Below, piece after piece: positions 60,744-64,000 of a stretch of 64,000 nt of DNA. The stretch spans positions 3,596,001 through 3,660,000 of the forward strand of contig OZ361260.1 of NCBI GenBank assembly GCA_977018835.1, read 5' to 3'. A program made the position numbers and the translations under genes. Every line of letters starts with the position of its first letter. Position 1 is the first letter of the stretch. The notes beneath the pieces were generated by a model, which saw only the letters and a list, made by a program, of their open reading frames with translations, made no database searches and was not told the DNA's origin. Source of the DNA: Minutocellus sp. GHC0000111. Taxonomy: Eukaryota.

Positions 60744-61545
60744 TCAATGGCCCTTCCCACTCTTGATGGGCCTCATCGGCCTGGCACCATCAAACCTTCT
60801 TCGTTTGATCTTTAGGTACTGGTCAGTACAGTACAGCCAGGGCAGGCCTTCTGCCATGGCCAAACCCGATAGCAATACCTTGATGCCCGCAGCAACATCG
60901 TCCATGGCCATTACAGAGCGAACGGCACAAACCAACAGTACCAGAATGGTCATCCAACCCAAAACCAGCATATCCAGGGAAGTTTTGCCACTCTGTTGGT
61001 AATCCAAAATTTCGTCGACAGTTTGCTTGGGACAAGCCGACCGAGCATTCTCCGGCAGGCAAAGCATGTCGATGGCACTGCCCCGTTCCATCTTTTGCTT
61101 GTAGCTGTTGAGAGCATACTGCTTGACAAATGTCTTGGTTGGCATCGATTCCGCTACATCGCCGGCATCGCGGAACTGCTGCCGCGGGTTGGAATGGTGC
61201 CTATGCTCTGGCCGTTCGTACATGACTTCCACCAGGTACGATGGCGCTGGTGAAGGCGCGTTGCCGATCGTTCCGGCGGCTGACTTGGTGCCAGCGGCGC
61301 GAGCACTGCTGCTGCTGCCTGACGATGACGACGTCATCGCCTCACACGAGAGGACCCGTCCCTCGACCGCAATACCTCGTCGTCGATATTGCTTCATGAG
61401 GCCTCGGAGGGAGCTCTGCACGTGGTACTGCAGATGCAACGCCGTGAGGGCAATTGCGATGCCACCGAGATAGGGGGCGAGGACACCGATGGCCAAGGCT
61501 ATGGGGTTGGCGGAATCGCCAGTGGCAGCGAGGGTTGGGGCCATT
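60744..61545 (-). CDS. Hypothetical membrane protein (three TM; possible upstream exon at 61597-61821)
   Basis: TM, then GIAVEGRV beta-rich region, then two TM. Confidence 0.6.
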
Positions 61546-61853
61546 GTAGCCAAGAAGTGTCTCTTGGAAATACGAGTGGGTGGCTAAATTAAATCTTCAA
61601 TCGCTTAGGCTGATCCAAACACAACACGAGATGTCCCTTTTGCTCATCCAGCGAAGGAAGCACAAGGAGTGAGCCGCGGAGAATATCAATAGAGCATTTA
61701 TCAACGCCATTGACTCTTGCTCCTCCTCATCCTCGGCATCGATCCTCGCGGCCGCGTCGTCATCATTAGGGTTAGGGTTAGGTATTCCGGGTGTTTCTGT
61801 TGCTGCAATGATGCTCTTCATTCAACCTTTTGCGATTCGATTATTCTTCAGCG

Positions 61854-63047
61854 ATGCCGCCCAATAAGAAGAAACGCGGGCCCAAGAGGGGAAAGAAAGT
61901 GGCAAAGGAGGATGGGTTAGGTGAAGGTGCTGCACGTCGCGATGGGGACGACTTTGATGCCGAGGCGATTGGTCTTCAGGTAGCGGACCTCGTCGCCGAA
62001 GTGCGTGGAGCAAACTTCTCTAACAAATCTGACGAGGACTTCAGCCAAGACGGAGACTGTCCTATTTGTCTTGAGCCTCTCCCCCCGATCTGGGACGTAG
62101 AGAGATCGGCGTGTCTCATTTGCTGCGGCGGCCGGACATGCCGAAAGTGCTGCGCCGATGCCATGGCTGCGATTAATAAATCATACGAGGACCCAAATGC
62201 TGCTTTTCAGTTGGACGACCGGTGTCTCCTTTGCAAGCAAGACGTGGGCACATCTGCTATCACGGATCGGATTCGAATAATATCCCCTCATATTCGAAAT
62301 GGCAAGATTTGGGCCATTGCTCACGTAGCGCAGATCCTTGTTTTTCGCCGATGGAACGAGCGAGAGGACCCGCTCTTCAAAAATGGGCTTGAGCTACTAA
62401 GCGTCGCCGCGGGGGGAGGCCACCCAACCTCCCAGTATCTCATGGGAATGATATTCAACAAATCAGCCCATTCATCAAGGGAGGCGAAATACTGGATGGA
62501 AAGATCTGCTAAGCAAGGTCATGCAATCGCGCAAGCCACTCTCGGTAGCATGCTTGTGAACCAGGAAGAGGAGGGAGCAAACGAAGAGGCAAGGAAGTGG
62601 TACCTCAAGGCGGCGCAGCAGGGATTTCCTGTCGCGCAGCTTCAGCTTGGTCTTGATATTATCAAAGACGGACCCGCTTCGTTGGAGATTCCTTTTGGTG
62701 TAAATTTGATCCGAAATGCTGCATCCTGTGGGTACGTCAAGGCATCGGAGGTTCTGGAAATATTGTCGGAGGACCATCCAATGAGTGAAAATTGCTGGTT
62801 CTGCAGCGAGAAATTCGATGAGCAGTCCCAGACAAGGATGCGCTGTACAAAGTGCAAAGTAGCTTGCTACTGTTCTCGAGAATGCCAGAAATTGGATTGG
62901 CGCGAACGCCATCGAGATGCTTGTAAGCTGCAAGAGAGGGAGATGGCAAAGATCCCGAAGGAGGCGGCCTTCATGTCGAACAGCATGCAGAATGATGATG
63001 TTGATTACAGGCAACAGTACATAAATATCCTGGCACAAGTTCTATAA
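61854..63047 (+). CDS. RING-like Zn finger + Sel1 repeats + MYND finger protein
   Basis: CPICLE...CCGGRTCRKC; AQATLGSM...ARKWYLKAAQQG; CWFC...CTKCKVACYCSRECQKLDWRERHRDAC. Confidence 0.88.
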   Translation: MPPNKKKRGPKRGKKVAKEDGLGEGAARRDGDDFDAEAIGLQVADLVAEVRGANFSNKSDEDFSQDGDCPICLEPLPPIWDVERSACLICCGGRTCRKCCADAMAAINKSYEDPNAAFQLDDRCLLCKQDVGTSAITDRIRIISPHIRNGKIWAIAHVAQILVFRRWNEREDPLFKNGLELLSVAAGGGHPTSQYLMGMIFNKSAHSSREAKYWMERSAKQGHAIAQATLGSMLVNQEEEGANEEARKWYLKAAQQGFPVAQLQLGLDIIKDGPASLEIPFGVNLIRNAASCGYVKASEVLEILSEDHPMSENCWFCSEKFDEQSQTRMRCTKCKVACYCSRECQKLDWRERHRDACKLQEREMAKIPKEAAFMSNSMQNDDVDYRQQYINILAQVL

Positions 63048-63466
63048 GGCGCTGCAAATAAATTTTTCATACATGTAAGGATTGATTCCTAAACTAAATC
63101 ATGTAAAATCGGAATGCCACCGAGAGACGCCACGGGTTGCTTTTCGAAGTGTTATACAAACTTGACTCACTCGACTCGCTCGAAAGCGACTCATTCGAGC
63201 GAAAGCGATGACGTGGCAAGACGGCAAGACATGCGCGTTGTTCGTTCGTCGGAGTTGGACCAAGACATCATCACTTTTTCCATTCGGCTCGCCACCGCAT
63301 GATGGAACGGCCGGAAGTTTTTCAATCAGGGAGACCATAAAAGAGAGAGCATTAATTCAATCAAACGCGAAGATAAATGGCAAGAGAGAGGGAAACATAC
63401 TCTTGTTTACATATCTGTAGCACATATCTTCAATACCTGTGAATCTAAACGAGAACACATATCATC

Positions 63467-64000
63467 ATGTCAGCACGATCGCCAACAAAATTGAGCCGGT
63501 ACCTCGTGACTCCGTCACGAGTTGCGTCCCTGATGGACTGGAAGGCAACTCTAGGCACCGCTACCGGGGCCGTCATGGCCCTGGACATCAACCGAGATCG
63601 CATCGGCGTCGCCGTCGCGTCGCATCCCAACAGCAGTTCCGGCGTGGCGACCGCTCGGGCGCTCGATCCCATCCTTCTTCCGCGAAAGAGATCGGCGAGC
63701 ACCTCCGCAGCAGCAGCACAAGCTTCGCATCCGCACCACGACCGCCTGCTGTCCCATCTGGAGGAGGTGGCCGCCCGCGAGCAGGTCTGCGGCGTCATCG
63801 TCCGCTGGCCTCTCCAGGATGGAGGGCGGATGGGCGCCCAGTGTGGCCGAATTCTCTACCAGCTCGACGACTTTGTCGCGGCTGATGGTGGAAAGAAGAG
63901 AACCCTGATTGGCAAGAACCGGCCCTTTGCCCTGTACGACGACCGACCTCTCACACGAGGCCAGGCCATCGAAATTGACGACAGCATGGACATGCCCGAC
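63467..64000 (+). CDS. YqgF/RuvX-like RNase H-fold nuclease, 3'-truncated by the window and absent from the ORF track
   Basis: Open frame from ATG 63467: VMALDINRDRIGVAVA...VCGVIVRWPLQDGGRMGAQCGRIL...FALYD. Confidence 0.75.
   Translation, partial: MSARSPTKLSRYLVTPSRVASLMDWKATLGTATGAVMALDINRDRIGVAVASHPNSSSGVATARALDPILLPRKRSASTSAAAAQASHPHHDRLLSHLEEVAAREQVCGVIVRWPLQDGGRMGAQCGRILYQLDDFVAADGGKKRTLIGKNRPFALYDDRPLTRGQAIEIDDSMDMPD

Noticed and set aside
61766..61782. Telomere-like TTAGGGTTAGGGTTAGG
   Set aside because: Fewer than three units, and it reads as PNPNPN in a plausible minus-strand exon.

Overview
Gene-dense eukaryotic nuclear DNA, very likely a diatom or related photosynthetic stramenopile. 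It has short GT-AG introns, short intergenic spacers and several signal peptides followed by an 'ASA-F'-type plastid-targeting motif. About 32 protein-coding loci are recognisable, including CPSF100, a P2B Ca2+-ATPase, an NhaC-family antiporter, a DUS3-like tRNA-dihydrouridine synthase, two PhoX-like phosphatases, a GT61, an F-type lectin, a Rieske protein, MYCBP, an HMG-box protein and a YqgF-like nuclease. No rRNA, tRNA, CRISPR array or autonomous transposon is visible. The main hidden system is a selenoprotein that the ORF track splits in two. It is a plastid-targeted AhpC/TSA (PRXL2/SelU-like) protein with an in-frame UGA in a UxxC motif (37605-37607) and a well-formed form-II SECIS hairpin in its 3'UTR. 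It lies head-to-head with a plastid-targeted DoxX-like gene. Other notable items are a circularly permuted discoidin-like domain in one PhoX, a 362-bp identical tract between the inverted PhoX paralogs, and recurrent intergenic palindromes. There is also an unusually high load of frameshifts and nonsense codons, including in essential CPSF100, which reflects either assembly error or a decaying haplotype. All family calls come from motif recognition by eye, not from database searches.
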